64,000 bases of DNA, from the NCBI GenBank assembly GCA_025449695.1, contig JANWIW010000030.1:1990-65989 (forward strand), in the 5' to 3' direction. The translations under genes were made by a program, and so were the position numbers. Shown one piece after another: positions 1-9,853 of this stretch. The DNA comes from Minisyncoccota bacterium (GTDB taxonomy: Bacteria; Patescibacteriota; Minisyncoccia; UBA6257; 2-01-FULL-56-20). How positions within the stretch are numbered: the stretch's first letter is position 1; each line of letters starts with the position of its first letter. The notes under the pieces are model-generated. The model saw nothing but the letters and a program-made list of their open reading frames with translations. It made no database searches and was not told the origin of the DNA.

Positions 1-256
1 GGTGGTATTGCGGATCATAGACCGGCGTCGCGAATTCGGGCGGATACATGGCGACGATCATCTCGTCGTGGCCCGGCGCATCGCACTTGCGTTTGTAAAG
101 GTTCCTTTCGTTCCGCCAGGTCAGGCGTCTCTGTAGGCGGCAAGACGGACAGAAGGTGGGAGGCGGGACCCGAAGTTTGGCATAAAAGTCGAAATCGGCC
201 GGTTCAACGGTGAACGCTTGTTTGCAGTTCTGGCAGTTTTTCGTTTGAGAGCTCAT
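1..256 (-). CDS. Cys-rich zinc-ribbon protein, N-terminal part (runs off window start)
   Basis: Manual translation MSSQTKNCQNCKQAFTVEPADFDFYAKLRVPPPTFCPSCRLQRRLTWRNERNLYKRKC...; paralogous to 392..2197 and 61253..63088. Confidence 0.85.
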   Translation of the reverse strand, partial: MSSQTKNCQNCKQAFTVEPADFDFYAKLRVPPPTFCPSCRLQRRLTWRNERNLYKRKCDAPGHDEMIVAMYPPEFATPVYDPQYH

Positions 257-266
257 TGCTTCATAT

Positions 267-387
267 TATCTGTCATCCTGAGCCCCCCGCGAGCATACGC
301 GGGGCAGGCTCTGCAGCGGGCGAAGGGCCTTGCGCCACCGCTGAAGCTAAGGCGGCACGCGGTCGGGGTACTTCAGGATGACAGATA
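267..387. repeat. Palindromic REP/MITE-like element
   Basis: 15-bp terminal inverted repeat TATCTGTCATCCTGA / TCAGGATGACAGATA with internal hairpins. Confidence 0.8.
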
Positions 388-391
388 GGCT

Positions 392-2197
392 TCATGCCAC
401 TTCGCTTTGATAGCAGGTTTCGCAGTAGATTATCTCGGGGCGCTCGGAAGCGTACGTCGTCTGGAAGGCACTCGGGCAGGGTCCGGCATCGTGGAAATGG
501 GCGCTGTTGTTCTTATAGCCGCCGCGCTCGGACCCACTGCCGGCGCATTGGCACTGCCGGGACCAAAGGCGCAGGGGGTTCCGCTGGACCAGCCGCTGGT
601 AATGGCGACAGCTGGGGCAGAGCCGCGGCACGGGAATATTCATACTCCGGTAGAACTGGAGTTCCGAGGATATGAGCCGGAAGGCCTTGGTGCATTGCTC
701 CGCGCAGGAGCCCTTGTGCGCGCATTCGATTGTGGCCTGCAAGATAGAATCGTCCGTTTCCGTGATGGTATCCGGTATCTCTTCCTGGAGCATCGTGACG
801 GCATAGTTTTTGCCTGCCGGGTCCTTCCACACATAACCTTTCACCCTGGCCTCGTCTGGGGTCAGGGTGGCGATCTCTTGGGCTATGGTTTCGTTGTACG
901 CGAATGGAGATAGCTCGGATGGGAAGAACTCGCCGTAGGGGTAGGATTTACCCTGCTTATCCATATAAGGCATTGCGTTCATGTGCTCGATGATCTTCGG
1001 GACCAGGGTCTCGTACTCCTCTTTTGAGTACTGCTTGTTCAGGATGCAGTATTGCTTGTTGCGCAGGCCGACGCAGCCGAACAAATAAGAAGACCCGTGT
1101 GAGTTGTAAGAATAATAGATATCATGCGAATCCAGGGTAAAGCGCGAATAGAATACCCTGCTGCCCGGATAGATGGTCGAGGAATCCACGGCCAGCTCCG
1201 TGTTCAACCCCACCCGGTCGCAGTCGTAGAGATCCTTGATATTGGAATACGCGAGCCAGGTGCGGGTGCAGTCCTCTCCCCCGCCGAAGATATCGAAGCA
1301 ATGCCTGCAGTTTTTGGCATTCTCCAGGTTGTCGCCCGTGGAATTCACCGAGTGGATGATGTGAGCGTAGCGGCGCGGATACCGCATCGCATGCTCCTCG
1401 AACCTTTTCTTGATTCCTTCCAGGGCCATGGAGCTGCCGGCGTTCAGCTTGGCGAGTTCCGCTTCGTATTCTTCCTTGGAATACTGGACGTTGAATATTT
1501 GGTAGGCGCCGTTCACCAGATTGGTGCAGCCGAAGCAGTCATGGCAGTTCCGGCAGTTGAAAAGAAAGGCGCTGTTGTAGCAACTTTCGCAGTACCGGCT
1601 CCATGAGAGCCGGGAGCAGGAAATGCAGTCCACCGTCTCGTAGGCATGCTCACTCTTCGATACCCAGTAGTTGTCCAGGCACTCCTTGGAATTGAAGATG
1701 TAGGTGGAGTAGGCAGTGTTCTCGTTAAAGTCGCCACCGAAGACCAGGTAGCAGTTCTTGTTGCCCTCGGTGATACTGCAATAATCGCTGTTCACCGGGT
1801 TGATGTTCAAGAGAGCGACATCCGGGACCTGCGTCCAAAGATCTTTCACCTGCCGGAGGAAAGGCCGCGCGAAATCCATCCCCATGCCATATTCCAAGGG
1901 GTCCCAGCTATCACTCCACCAGGTGGAGTGATCGAACACCCTTTGAGGATTATCCTCGGAAAAGATGGATATCAGCTCTTCACTGTGTCCGGGAGCGCCA
2001 CACTTTCGCTTATAGAGCGTCCGCTCGTTCCTAAAGCTCATCCGCCGCACGATGCGGCAGTCGAAGCACCAGCCCGGCGGCGGAACTTTCACCCGTTCAT
2101 AAAACGCGAAGTCTGCGGGTTCTAAAGTGAACTGGGCACCGCAGTTCGCGCACGCCCGGACTTGCCCTGAACCGGTCGAAGAGATTTCCGGCTGCAT
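392..2197 (-). CDS. Large Cys-rich zinc-ribbon protein of unknown function (Parcubacteria-type family)
   Basis: N-terminal CxxC..CxxC, many CxxC/CFGC repeats, C-terminal YCETCY; start trimmed to MQPEI. Confidence 0.8.
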   Translation of the reverse strand: MQPEISSTGSGQVRACANCGAQFTLEPADFAFYERVKVPPPGWCFDCRIVRRMSFRNERTLYKRKCGAPGHSEELISIFSEDNPQRVFDHSTWWSDSWDPLEYGMGMDFARPFLRQVKDLWTQVPDVALLNINPVNSDYCSITEGNKNCYLVFGGDFNENTAYSTYIFNSKECLDNYWVSKSEHAYETVDCISCSRLSWSRYCESCYNSAFLFNCRNCHDCFGCTNLVNGAYQIFNVQYSKEEYEAELAKLNAGSSMALEGIKKRFEEHAMRYPRRYAHIIHSVNSTGDNLENAKNCRHCFDIFGGGEDCTRTWLAYSNIKDLYDCDRVGLNTELAVDSSTIYPGSRVFYSRFTLDSHDIYYSYNSHGSSYLFGCVGLRNKQYCILNKQYSKEEYETLVPKIIEHMNAMPYMDKQGKSYPYGEFFPSELSPFAYNETIAQEIATLTPDEARVKGYVWKDPAGKNYAVTMLQEEIPDTITETDDSILQATIECAHKGSCAEQCTKAFRLISSELQFYRSMNIPVPRLCPSCRHYQRLVQRNPLRLWSRQCQCAGSGSERGGYKNNSAHFHDAGPCPSAFQTTYASERPEIIYCETCYQSEVA

Positions 2198-2240
2198 GAT
2201 TCTCATTAAACCTAAAAGCTTGCCTTGCAGCAAGCTTCCT

Positions 2241-2320
2241 TGTCATTCCGGGAGCCAGGCGGGGCTTGTCCGGAATCCAGTACGTGCATTCCTGGATCCC
2301 GGCTCGGGGCCGGGATGATA
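2241..2320. repeat. Palindromic REP-like element
   Basis: TGTCATTCCGG...GGAATCCAG..CTGGATCCCGG...CCGGGATGA nested hairpins. Confidence 0.7.
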
Positions 2321-2333
2321 TAACGACTTTGTA

Positions 2334-3803
2334 TTAATATTTTTCCAGCAAATGCACCAGCAGGTTCACGGGAGTGCCGGCCGCGCCCTTGGCCAGGAAC
2401 TCGCTGTCGCTCGGGGTCATGCGCGGGGCGATGTCCAGGTGAACCCAGGGAAAGGGCTTGATGAACTGCCAGAGAAAGACGGCGGCGATGATCGCGCCTG
2501 CCTCGCGGCGGCTCTTGCCCACGTTCGCCCAGTCACCGAAGGTCGCCTTCACCTCGTCCTCGTACTCCTCCCAGAGCGGTAGAGGCCAGACGAAGTCAAA
2601 AGCGCGTTCTCCCGCCTCGCGGAAGAGCTTCTCCAGGTTGAGGTCGGTCGCGAAAAGCGCGGAGGCCTTCTTGCCGAGGGCAACCTCCGCCGCGCCGGTC
2701 AGCGTGGCGATGTCCACCACAAGGCGCGGATCGTACTTCTTGGCATATTCAAGCGCGTCGGCGAGCACTACCCTGCCTTCCGCATCGGTATCCATGATCT
2801 CGATGGTCTTGCCGTTCAACGTCTTTACTACGTCGCCGGGGCGGTAGCTGGAACCGGAAGGCATGTTCTCCGCGGCGGCGATGAGGCCGACGACGTTCTT
2901 CTTTGCCTTCAGCCGGGCAAGGGCGGCCAGAATATGAATGACCGCGGCGCCTCCGGACATGTCGAGGTGCATCTCATAGATGTTCTGGGAAGGCTTGAGG
3001 TTTAGGCCGCCGGAATCGAAGGTGATTCCTTTACCCACAAGGACCACGGGCTTTTCCTTCTTTGAGCCTTTCATGTACTCCATCATGATGAAGCGGGGCG
3101 GGTTGATCGAACCCTTGCCGACGGCGGTGAGACCGCCCATGCCCAGTTCGCGGATCTTTTTTTCGTCCATGACGCTCACCTTGATGCCGCAGCGCTTGCC
3201 GGTCGAGACCGCCGCTTCGGCCAGGGTCTGCGGGGCCATGTCGCCACCCGGCGTATTGGCAAGCTCGCGAGTGCGATTGATCTCCTCGCCGATGACCTGG
3301 CCGCGCGCCAGGGCTTTTTGCACCCGCTTCTCCCCGCCGAAGACCACGATCTTCTCCACCCGGTTCCATCCTTCCTTGGGCGGCGTCTTATAGTGGGTAT
3401 ACTCGAAATTGGCCACCTCCGATTGGAGCGCCAGCGTCTCCGCGAGATATTCCAGGTCCGAAGCGCCTTTCGCCGCGAAGTCCGCCAGATCCACAAGAAG
3501 AATCTTGATTTTTTCTCTTTTGGCCGTGGCCGTGAGCCTGCGTATCGCGAGCACCGCCTTGCGGGCCGTAAACTTCGCTGGGTCGCCGATGCCGAAAAGG
3601 ACCACCTGAATGCCGGAAGGCAGGAACACTATATGCGAGCCCGGCTCCGCGACCGGCGTCTTCTCGAGAAAGCGGTTCAGAAGGAGCTTGTCCTCGTCGG
3701 AAAGATTCTTATAGAAAGGATGGCCGATGATCTTCTTGCCGCCCTTCACGACGATCACGGATACGGCCTGCGGCTCGAATTTCTTGCTCGCGATTATCTG
3801 CAT
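2334..3803 (-). CDS. pepA: Leucyl aminopeptidase (M17)
   Basis: GKGITFDSGG, DMSGGA, DTDAEGR and HLDIA motifs. Confidence 0.93.
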   Translation of the reverse strand: MQIIASKKFEPQAVSVIVVKGGKKIIGHPFYKNLSDEDKLLLNRFLEKTPVAEPGSHIVFLPSGIQVVLFGIGDPAKFTARKAVLAIRRLTATAKREKIKILLVDLADFAAKGASDLEYLAETLALQSEVANFEYTHYKTPPKEGWNRVEKIVVFGGEKRVQKALARGQVIGEEINRTRELANTPGGDMAPQTLAEAAVSTGKRCGIKVSVMDEKKIRELGMGGLTAVGKGSINPPRFIMMEYMKGSKKEKPVVLVGKGITFDSGGLNLKPSQNIYEMHLDMSGGAAVIHILAALARLKAKKNVVGLIAAAENMPSGSSYRPGDVVKTLNGKTIEIMDTDAEGRVVLADALEYAKKYDPRLVVDIATLTGAAEVALGKKASALFATDLNLEKLFREAGERAFDFVWPLPLWEEYEDEVKATFGDWANVGKSRREAGAIIAAVFLWQFIKPFPWVHLDIAPRMTPSDSEFLAKGAAGTPVNLLVHLLEKY

Positions 3804-3829
3804 GGGAATGGTTGTGGTATCCGGCGGGC

Positions 3830-4360
3830 CTATTGCGCGTTCCTGTCGCTGCGTACCGCCTGCTTCAGCGTCTCGATTTCGGTGATTAACTTTCGCACGC
3901 TCTCCTCGATACTGTCAATGGCGACGCGGGTCTTGAGGTCGCTCTGCGCTTCCTGTTCGTCTTCCTCCTGGATGCGGTCTATATCCTCGGAAAGCTCTTC
4001 CACGTCCTCGCCGATGTCCTCTACCTCCTCACCCATCCGGTCGATATCTTGGGACAACTCGCCGATGTCTTCGCCCAGATCCTCTACCTCCTCACCCAGA
4101 TCTTCAATGTTTTCCTCGACATCGGCCAAGCTCTTTGTAGCGCGGTTTACGGTCATTTGGATGAAAATGGCGAGATAGATGGCTTCCAGGGAGACCGCAG
4201 TAGTCAGGATGAGCAGGATCTGCTCGGTCGCAAGGCCGGCAAAACGCAGGGCGAAGATGCCCACGAAAAAAAGCGTGTGCAGGACGATAGATGCCGGCGA
4301 TCCGATCCATAAAGTGAGGCGCTCGGAAATATGCTCCAAAGAGGTATCGGGTCGTTCCAT
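3830..4360 (-). CDS. DUF1003-like membrane protein with acidic heptad-repeat coiled coil
   Basis: Two TM segments, VSLEAIYLAIFI motif, VEDLGEE-type heptads. Confidence 0.75.
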   Translation of the reverse strand: MERPDTSLEHISERLTLWIGSPASIVLHTLFFVGIFALRFAGLATEQILLILTTAVSLEAIYLAIFIQMTVNRATKSLADVEENIEDLGEEVEDLGEDIGELSQDIDRMGEEVEDIGEDVEELSEDIDRIQEEDEQEAQSDLKTRVAIDSIEESVRKLITEIETLKQAVRSDRNAQ

Positions 4361-4367
4361 AGCGGAT

Positions 4368-5402
4368 CTACCTGGCGTCCGGTTTGTCCCCTGACGGATA
4401 CTGCCGGGTAATAGTGTATACGTCGAACAGGGTGAAGAGGAGGCTAAAGACCAAGGGGCCGATGACAAAACCCAACGGGCCGAAGAAGCGCAGTCCGCCG
4501 ATCACCCCGAGGAATATCACCAAGGGATGGATGCGCGCCCATTTACCGCTCAGCTTGGGGCCGAGGACGTTGTCGATCATCCCTATCGCCAGCGCTCCCC
4601 AAATGGCCATTCCCACGCCATCCAGGACGCCGTTTGCGAGGAAGGTATAGATGACGATCGGGAATACCACGAGCGCCGTGCCCACGCCCGGGATCAGGGC
4701 GGAAACGGCAGCGGCGCTGCCCCATAAAGCGGGGTTCGGCACGCCGAACAGGGCGAAGCCGATGCCCGCGAGCAGGCCTTGGCAGAGCGCCATGACTAAG
4801 GTAACGCGGAAGACCGAACTGACGGTGAGGCCTAGCCGGTCCAGTATCTGTTTATCGTATTTGTCCGGCAGCGGGCTCAGCATAATCGCCCGGTCCCGGA
4901 TGCGGTCGCCGTCCTTAAGGAAAAAGAACAGCGACAGGATGCAAATGAAAATGTTTAGGGCAATAAGGAGCAGGTTGGAGAAAACGAAGCCTATACTATT
5001 AATGAGCCAGGTCAGGCCCTTTTGCCCGAGGTCCTGGTAATTGATTTCCAGTCCCTCCGGCAGGCGGCTCAAGATCTGCTGAACGAAGCCGTTCCCGGCC
5101 AGGCCCTGCAGGCTCCATCCGGACAGCGAACCATACGCGCCTTGCGCCTCATGGAAGACGCGTAAGCCGATCAGGGTCAGGGGCACGAACACGATCAGCG
5201 CGACAAGCAGGATGGTGGCGAGTGCGCCCAGGTTGGGGCTCCGCAGCCAGTGGGACAAATGTTCATAGACTGGCCGGAAGGTGACCGCGAGGGCCGCAGT
5301 GAAAAGGAGCGTCGGCACGTACGGCGAGACGATAAGGAAGCAGACTATGGCGATCACCCCCAAAAGACCAAAGAAAAAATACCCTTCTGCCTTTTCGAAC
5401 AT
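4368..5402 (-). CDS. AI-2E (PerM) family transporter
   Basis: Multi-TM protein; DNVLGP..IHPL..GG...FG..G...GP signature. Confidence 0.88.
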   Translation of the reverse strand: MFEKAEGYFFFGLLGVIAIVCFLIVSPYVPTLLFTAALAVTFRPVYEHLSHWLRSPNLGALATILLVALIVFVPLTLIGLRVFHEAQGAYGSLSGWSLQGLAGNGFVQQILSRLPEGLEINYQDLGQKGLTWLINSIGFVFSNLLLIALNIFICILSLFFFLKDGDRIRDRAIMLSPLPDKYDKQILDRLGLTVSSVFRVTLVMALCQGLLAGIGFALFGVPNPALWGSAAAVSALIPGVGTALVVFPIVIYTFLANGVLDGVGMAIWGALAIGMIDNVLGPKLSGKWARIHPLVIFLGVIGGLRFFGPLGFVIGPLVFSLLFTLFDVYTITRQYPSGDKPDAR

Positions 5403-5531
5403 ATGCTCTAGCTTAGAACGTGCGGCCGCGTTCGGCAAGCGCATTGACGTGCTTCGAAAGCCGATGTTATAACCTACCCAGTAAAAAGCGCATAATCAGA
5501 CGACGGCGCGAACGGGGAATGGAGATGATCT

Positions 5532-6080
5532 ATGCAAGTCGAGAAAGTATTAATGGACGCGAGAGGTATGAACGCCACCATAGACGCCATGGCTGGGACC
5601 GCCTGGAGACTTCTCGAGGAAATGAAGGCGCACCCGCGCGACCTGGTCGTGTATGGTCTGGAAACGCGCGGCGTTCCGGTGGGCCGCCGGATTGCGGAAG
5701 ACGTAGAAGGACGGGCTGGGATCAAGATTCCCTTCATCCGCCAGCGCATCCGCTATTATGGGGATGATCTGGGTATGGAAACGCAGGAACCGGTGGTCGC
5801 GCGGCCCGCGCCCATAGACCTAAGCGACAAGGTCGTTCTCATCGCCGACGATGTGTTCTGGTCGGCGAGCACGATGGTCGCCGCCCTGGCCCTGGTCATG
5901 TCTCTCGGCCGGCCGAGGCGGGTGATAAACGCCCAACTCGTGGACCGCGGCCATAGGATCTATCCGGTCACGACGGACATCGTGGGCTGCACCGTGCAGA
6001 CGGAGGAGCATCACGTCGTGAAGGTCCAGTTCACCGAGACCGGCGACCTCATAGACCAGGTGCTCTTGATGCGCAGGTGA
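5532..6080 (+). CDS. pyrR: PyrR-like phosphoribosyltransferase/regulator (divergent)
   Basis: GLETRG, YYGDD, VLIADDV and VDRGHR motifs. Confidence 0.7.
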   Translation: MQVEKVLMDARGMNATIDAMAGTAWRLLEEMKAHPRDLVVYGLETRGVPVGRRIAEDVEGRAGIKIPFIRQRIRYYGDDLGMETQEPVVARPAPIDLSDKVVLIADDVFWSASTMVAALALVMSLGRPRRVINAQLVDRGHRIYPVTTDIVGCTVQTEEHHVVKVQFTETGDLIDQVLLMRR

Positions 6081-6099
6081 AAGCGCGCGGCGGCAGTAT

Positions 6100-6140
6100 G
6101 AGCGTGCCCCCGGCACGACGTCCGGGGGCACGCTCTTTTT
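6100..6140 (+). terminator. Intrinsic terminator between pyrR and murD
   Basis: 14-bp GC-rich stem GAGCGTGCCCCCGG/CCGGGGGCACGCTC followed by a T-run. Confidence 0.75.
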
Positions 6141-7527
6141 AATCCGCTTCGAGCGACCGGACCGCGTCCGCGAATTGCTTGCCGCGGTCCTTGTAATTTT
6201 GGAACATGCCGAAGCTCGCGCAGGCGGGCGAAAGGATGACCGAGTCCCCTGGTTCGGCCAGGCCGGATGCGGCTTCTATTATCTCCGTCATAGAGGTGGA
6301 ACCTTCGTGCAGCCGGACCTTGTCTAGCGGGATGCCGTGATCGGCCATGGCGGCCTTTATGCGCGGCCATTCTTCGCCAACGCCGACAATGCCCCGTATC
6401 GAGGCGGACCGGCCGATCGCCGCCGCCAGGCCGGTGAAATCGGCGCCCTTGGTGGCGCCGCCGAGGATGAGAACCTTGGGCTCGTCGAACGACTCGATCG
6501 CGGCCATGGCGGTGTCCGGAGTGGTGCCGAAGGAATCATCCCAATACCGTACACCGCGCACCTCCCGGATGAACTGCAATCGATGCTCCAATCCTTTAAA
6601 GGTGCGCAGGGTACCGCGGATGGCGTCGAGGGGCACTTCGAGCAAGAACGCTGTCATGGCGGCCGCGCAGGCATTCTCGATATTGTGGTGTCCTGGCAGG
6701 GCGACTTCCCTGCGCGAAAGGATCTCCCGAATATCGCCGTTCTCCGCGATCACGATATTCTCGCCCTGCAGGAACGAGCCGCGCTGGAGGGGTTTGCGCC
6801 GGCTCACCCAGAACTTGCGCCCTAGGGACGACTCGGCGATATCCCGGGAAGCGGAGTAATCGATATTGGCCACGACCGCATCTGTCGGGGCCTGGTACCT
6901 GACAATATTCCGTTTCGCGTTCACGTACTCCTCCGCGCTGCCATGAAGGTCGAGATGGTCTTGAGTGACCATGAGCACCACGGCGATCCTGGGGCTGCGG
7001 GTCACTTCGAGGAGCTGGAAACTCGATATCTCATACACTACGATGACATTTTTCGTGATGCGATCCAGGATGGAAAGGGCGGGTATGCCGATATTGCCGA
7101 TAAGCTCGGCCTTCTGTCCGGCGGCCTGCAGCATATGATAGATCAGGGATGCAGTCGTTCCTTTGCCCTTGGTTCCCGTGATACCCACGATCGGCGCTGG
7201 GCAAAGCTCGAAGAATATCGCCGTGCTCGAGGTAACGGGGATGTTGCCGGTCCGGGCCGCCACGATGAGCGGATGGCGGATGGGCACTCCGGGCGACCGG
7301 AGTACAAAGTCGAACCCATCCAGGGCTTGTCCTTCGCCAATCCGGATTTCCACTCCCTGGCGTTCCAAGGCCTTTAAGGCCTCGGCATCCTCCTCGGAAA
7401 ACTTATATTCGGGCTTGTCATCGAAGAGGGCCAAGCGAGCCCCTCGTGCCAGGAGAAATTCGGCGGCGGAGCGTCCTTCCATCCCGAACCCTATAATGGC
7501 GATGCGCTTGTTTTTGAATTCGTACAT
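6139..7527 (-). CDS. murD: UDP-N-acetylmuramoyl-L-alanine--D-glutamate ligase
   Basis: ITGTKGKGTT, EISSFQL, DHLD, HRLQ and SPACASF motifs. Confidence 0.95.
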   Translation of the reverse strand: MYEFKNKRIAIIGFGMEGRSAAEFLLARGARLALFDDKPEYKFSEEDAEALKALERQGVEIRIGEGQALDGFDFVLRSPGVPIRHPLIVAARTGNIPVTSSTAIFFELCPAPIVGITGTKGKGTTASLIYHMLQAAGQKAELIGNIGIPALSILDRITKNVIVVYEISSFQLLEVTRSPRIAVVLMVTQDHLDLHGSAEEYVNAKRNIVRYQAPTDAVVANIDYSASRDIAESSLGRKFWVSRRKPLQRGSFLQGENIVIAENGDIREILSRREVALPGHHNIENACAAAMTAFLLEVPLDAIRGTLRTFKGLEHRLQFIREVRGVRYWDDSFGTTPDTAMAAIESFDEPKVLILGGATKGADFTGLAAAIGRSASIRGIVGVGEEWPRIKAAMADHGIPLDKVRLHEGSTSMTEIIEAASGLAEPGDSVILSPACASFGMFQNYKDRGKQFADAVRSLEAD

Positions 7528-7535
7528 GGCGCAGG

Positions 7536-8030
7536 TTACGTTTTCGATATTCGTGCGGCGCGCTCCTTCCGGCCGATCAGGGAAGAATGATAGCGATCCG
7601 GCCCGTACGCGCCAAGCCGTATGAGCTTGAATTGGGGCAAGGTTCCGGATCGTCTCTTCCTGCGCAGATCGGCGGCGAGCGCATGCTGATCATAACCCAA
7701 GGCGATCAGGTGCGGACGATGCTTTCGTATCACCTCATAGGTCCCGGGGAGCCTGTCGCCCAGGACCACCTTATCGGCCGCTCTCAGGTCCCGAAGCCGC
7801 GTCGTCCGTTCCTTCTGGGCGTTGCGGGGAGTACGTCCTTTGAGTTCTTTTACGCTGGCATCCCGCGCCAGAACGATAATGAGGATGTCGCCGCGCGCCC
7901 GCGCTGACCCTAGAAAATGGATATGGCCGGGATGGAGTTCATCGAAGACCCCGAAGACCATGACACATGTGCGCGCGCGAACGCGAGAGCGCGTAGTTCG
8001 CAGTTGATCGTTGGTAGATTTTCGGGCCAT
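7536..8030 (-). CDS. Cytidylyltransferase-like protein (RibL-type FAD synthase family)
   Basis: FGVFDELHPGH HxGH motif, ARD, LGYDQ. Confidence 0.8.
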   Translation of the reverse strand: MARKSTNDQLRTTRSRVRARTCVMVFGVFDELHPGHIHFLGSARARGDILIIVLARDASVKELKGRTPRNAQKERTTRLRDLRAADKVVLGDRLPGTYEVIRKHRPHLIALGYDQHALAADLRRKRRSGTLPQFKLIRLGAYGPDRYHSSLIGRKERAARISKT

Positions 8031-8096
8031 TATTGTTGATTTTATCAGCTTTCCGAGCTTGACACTACTCACCATAAGCTACAAACTACTCACTAA

Positions 8097-8129
8097 TTCA
8101 TGAACTCTTCATCTTCATGAAGCTACGCT
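8097..8129 (+). promoter_or_regulatory. Putative OmpR-family direct-repeat box plus -10 element
   Basis: TTCAT-N6-TTCAT (8097-8112), then TACGCT 6 nt before the ATG. Confidence 0.5.
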
Positions 8130-8135
8130 TTCTCC

Positions 8136-8810
8136 ATGAGAATACTAATCGTCGAAGACCAAGAGAAACTCGCGAAGTCGATCCAGAAGGGGTTGGAGCA
8201 GGAAGGATACGCAGCCGATTACGTGCTGGATGGGGAGACTGCCTTGCGGAGGGTGGAGATCGGGCATAAGGACTATGACCTTATCGTCCTCGACCTCATG
8301 CTGCCGAAAAAAGACGGCTTCGAGGTCTGCAACACGATCCGCGCCCACGGCATTCTTACGCCGATCATCGTTCTCACCGCTCGCGGGGCCATCGACGATA
8401 AGATCAGCGCCCTGAACGGCGGAGCGGACGATTACCTGGTCAAGCCTTTCCTTTTCAGCGAGCTGCTTGCGCGCATCAACGCCATCCTGCGCCGTCCCGA
8501 TACCTACATCCCAAGCGAGTTGAAGATCCAGGACCTAGTCCTAAACACGGCCACCCGGGAGGTATTCCGGGCCGGGAAGAAGGTCCAGCTTACCCTCAAG
8601 GAGTTCAGTGTGCTGGAATATCTGATGCGCAACATGAACCGGGTCGTGAACCGCGAAGAGCTTGTGGATCACGTGTGGGACTTCAATTATGACGGTTTCT
8701 CCAATGTAGTGGACGTGCATATCAAGAACCTCCGCAACAAGATAGACACCGACGCTCATGAAAAGATACTGGAGACGGTCAGGGGGGTGGGCTACCGCGT
8801 CAAAGGATAG
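8136..8810 (+). CDS. OmpR/PhoB-family response regulator
   Basis: Receiver domain (ED, DLMLP, GADDYLVKPF) plus winged helix (ETVRGVGY). Confidence 0.95.
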   Translation: MRILIVEDQEKLAKSIQKGLEQEGYAADYVLDGETALRRVEIGHKDYDLIVLDLMLPKKDGFEVCNTIRAHGILTPIIVLTARGAIDDKISALNGGADDYLVKPFLFSELLARINAILRRPDTYIPSELKIQDLVLNTATREVFRAGKKVQLTLKEFSVLEYLMRNMNRVVNREELVDHVWDFNYDGFSNVVDVHIKNLRNKIDTDAHEKILETVRGVGYRVKG

Positions 8811-9795
8811 CCCCCTTCGCAGCGCCCGCCTGCGCTTCACCGCGCTTTACGTCGTCCATACGATCGTCATTCTCGCCATGTTCGTGGCGGTCCTGAGCCG
8901 CGTGCGCGCGCATTACCTGCAGGCCAACCTGCAGGGACAGTTCCGGGATACGGCGCAGGAACAGCAGGTCATCGGCAAGCTGCAGTCTGATCTGGAAGAG
9001 GCAACCGCGCTGCTCCTTATCGTGGTCCTGCTCGGAATGGCGTTCGTGAGCTATTTCGCGGTCCAGTTGATCCTGCGTCCCATCCGCAGGTTTCTGGAGA
9101 GTCACCGCCGGTTTATCGCCGACGCATCCCACGAGTTACGTACCCCGCTCGCTATTATGCGGACCGAGATCGAGGTAGCCCTTCTGGATCCAGAAGACCT
9201 CTCTAAACAGGAAGCCGTGAATATTTTGCGCAGCAACGCGGAGGAGATCGAGCGCATGTCCCGTATCCTCACAAACCTGCTGAATCTGGCCAGCTTCCAC
9301 GATGCATCCGGCGAACCGCCCATGATACCCACGCCGATGCAGGAGGTGATCGAGCGCGTCGTAGAACGCTTGAAGAAGAGCGTGACGGCCAAGCGGATCG
9401 AGTTGCGTACGGATGAAGTGAATCCAGTCACGATCCGGGGCAATGCCGTCGCCCTTGAAGAAATCGTCTCCAATCTCCTCAAGAACGCGATCAACTACAC
9501 GCCGCCGGGCGGCACGGTGAGCATGTCCCTGCGGGCCATGGATGATGCTCATGCGGAGCTTACCGTTCGGGATACCGGCGTAGGCATCCCCCCCGAGGAA
9601 CTCCCGCACATTTTCGAACCCTTCTACCGCAGCGAACGCTCGTTCCATATGCATAAGACCGGCTCCGGGCTTGGCCTGCCGATAGTCAAGGAGATGATCA
9701 AGCGCCACCGAGGGTCCATCCGCGTTGAAAGCACTCCCGATCAAGGAACTTCGGTCATCATCCATTTACCGCTCGTGCGAGTTAGTAAAAAGTAA
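8758..9795 (+). CDS. Sensor histidine kinase
   Basis: Two TM segments, ASHELRTPL, NLLKNAINY, DTGVGI, GSGLGL. Confidence 0.93.
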   Translation: MKRYWRRSGGWATASKDSPLRSARLRFTALYVVHTIVILAMFVAVLSRVRAHYLQANLQGQFRDTAQEQQVIGKLQSDLEEATALLLIVVLLGMAFVSYFAVQLILRPIRRFLESHRRFIADASHELRTPLAIMRTEIEVALLDPEDLSKQEAVNILRSNAEEIERMSRILTNLLNLASFHDASGEPPMIPTPMQEVIERVVERLKKSVTAKRIELRTDEVNPVTIRGNAVALEEIVSNLLKNAINYTPPGGTVSMSLRAMDDAHAELTVRDTGVGIPPEELPHIFEPFYRSERSFHMHKTGSGLGLPIVKEMIKRHRGSIRVESTPDQGTSVIIHLPLVRVSKK

Positions 9796-9853
9796 CTGGC
9801 TGCCAGTAATTCTGTGGTTTCCCTTCTAAATTGCAATTACTAATTCCTAGTTG

